A stretch of DNA of 64,000 nt from an uncultured Actinomycetota bacterium (GTDB lineage: Bacteria > Actinomycetota > Thermoleophilia > RBG-16-64-13), in NCBI GenBank assembly GCA_963721365.1, contig CAVRJE010000020.1, forward strand, positions 6,173 through 70,172. The letters are read 5' to 3'. Position numbers and translations under genes: made by a program. Positions 63,455 to 64,000 of this stretch are shown piece after piece. The notes beneath the pieces were generated by a model that was not told the DNA's origin, ran no database searches, and worked only from the letters and a program-made list of their open reading frames with translations. Numbering within the stretch: position 1 is the stretch's first letter; each line of letters begins with the position of its first letter.

Positions 63455-64000
63455 TGGCGGTAGCTCCTTTGCAGAAGCGATGCAGCGACACCGTACCGGT
63501 AGGCGAAACTCGTGAAATCGGGCAGTCCCGCTAGGATCTGCTCGATCTCTTCAGGGTCTTTGCTGTCGACGATCGAGGCGATGGAGCTGGCCAGCTTGGC
63601 ACCCTGGTCCACGACGCCGGGGACCGGTCCGTAGCAGCCGCGACACGGTATGCCGCTTTTCGGGCAGCGGACTCCACATCCCGAGCGAGTCGCCACCCCG
63701 CAGCAGAGGATCCCCTGCTCCAGCAGGCAGGTATCCGGGTCGGCCATGATCTCCCAGGGACGGTAGAACCGTTTGATCTTCTTTTCGTTCTTGGTCCGCG
63801 GGCAGTCCTCGCAGAGACGCGTGGTCGAAAGCCCCGACCACCGAACCCTTCTCGGGAAGTTCCCCCTTGACCACGGCGAGGAGGGCCGCCTTCACCTGGT
63901 CGGGCTGAGGCGGACATCCCGGGAGGTAGTAGTCGACATCCACCACGGCGTCCAACTTGTAGACCCGCCGGTAGAAACGGGGAGTATCGAGCATCTTGCC
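63451..64000 (-). CDS. mvhG: [NiFe] hydrogenase small subunit (MvhG-like), partial, frameshift near 63820
   Basis: 'VDYYLPGCPP' and 'CLLEQGILCCGVATRSGCGVRCP....CRGCYGP'. Confidence 0.85.

Overview
This is a high-GC bacterial window, probably from an anaerobic Actinomycetota lineage such as Thermoleophilia. That assignment is an inference from the gene families and apparent leaderless starts. Four blocks are visible. (1) 1-24.2 kb is an accessory, general-stress-like block. It holds uncharacterised membrane proteins (SHOCT, PLDc_N, DUF6325/DUF1269-like, YihY, TMEM175), sugar enzymes and a Tat-less molybdopterin oxidoreductase operon. It is bracketed by an inverted ~0.85 kb paralogous duplication and has three SigB/SigF-like promoter motifs. 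(2) 24.4-25.7 kb is a tyrosine integrase abutting the 3' end of tRNA-fMet. (3) 26-33 kb holds core-type genes: UPF0182, NlpC/P60, NifU-C, a thiolase and a Tag-like glycosylase. (4) 33-64 kb is a hydrogen-metabolism supercluster. It contains an ABC transporter with a TM1266-like gene and a signalling module with a probable Rex-DRTGG fusion and an RsbT-like kinase fused to a degenerate [FeFe] H-domain. It also has a bifurcating-type [FeFe] hydrogenase whose HydB is fused to a GltD-like domain, a HydS-like histidine kinase relay, a second non-bifurcating-type [FeFe] hydrogenase, and a convergent Mvh-like [NiFe] hydrogenase with hypABFCDE. Many genes carry single-base frameshifts, most likely sequencing or assembly errors, so their gene ends and fusion calls need read-level confirmation.
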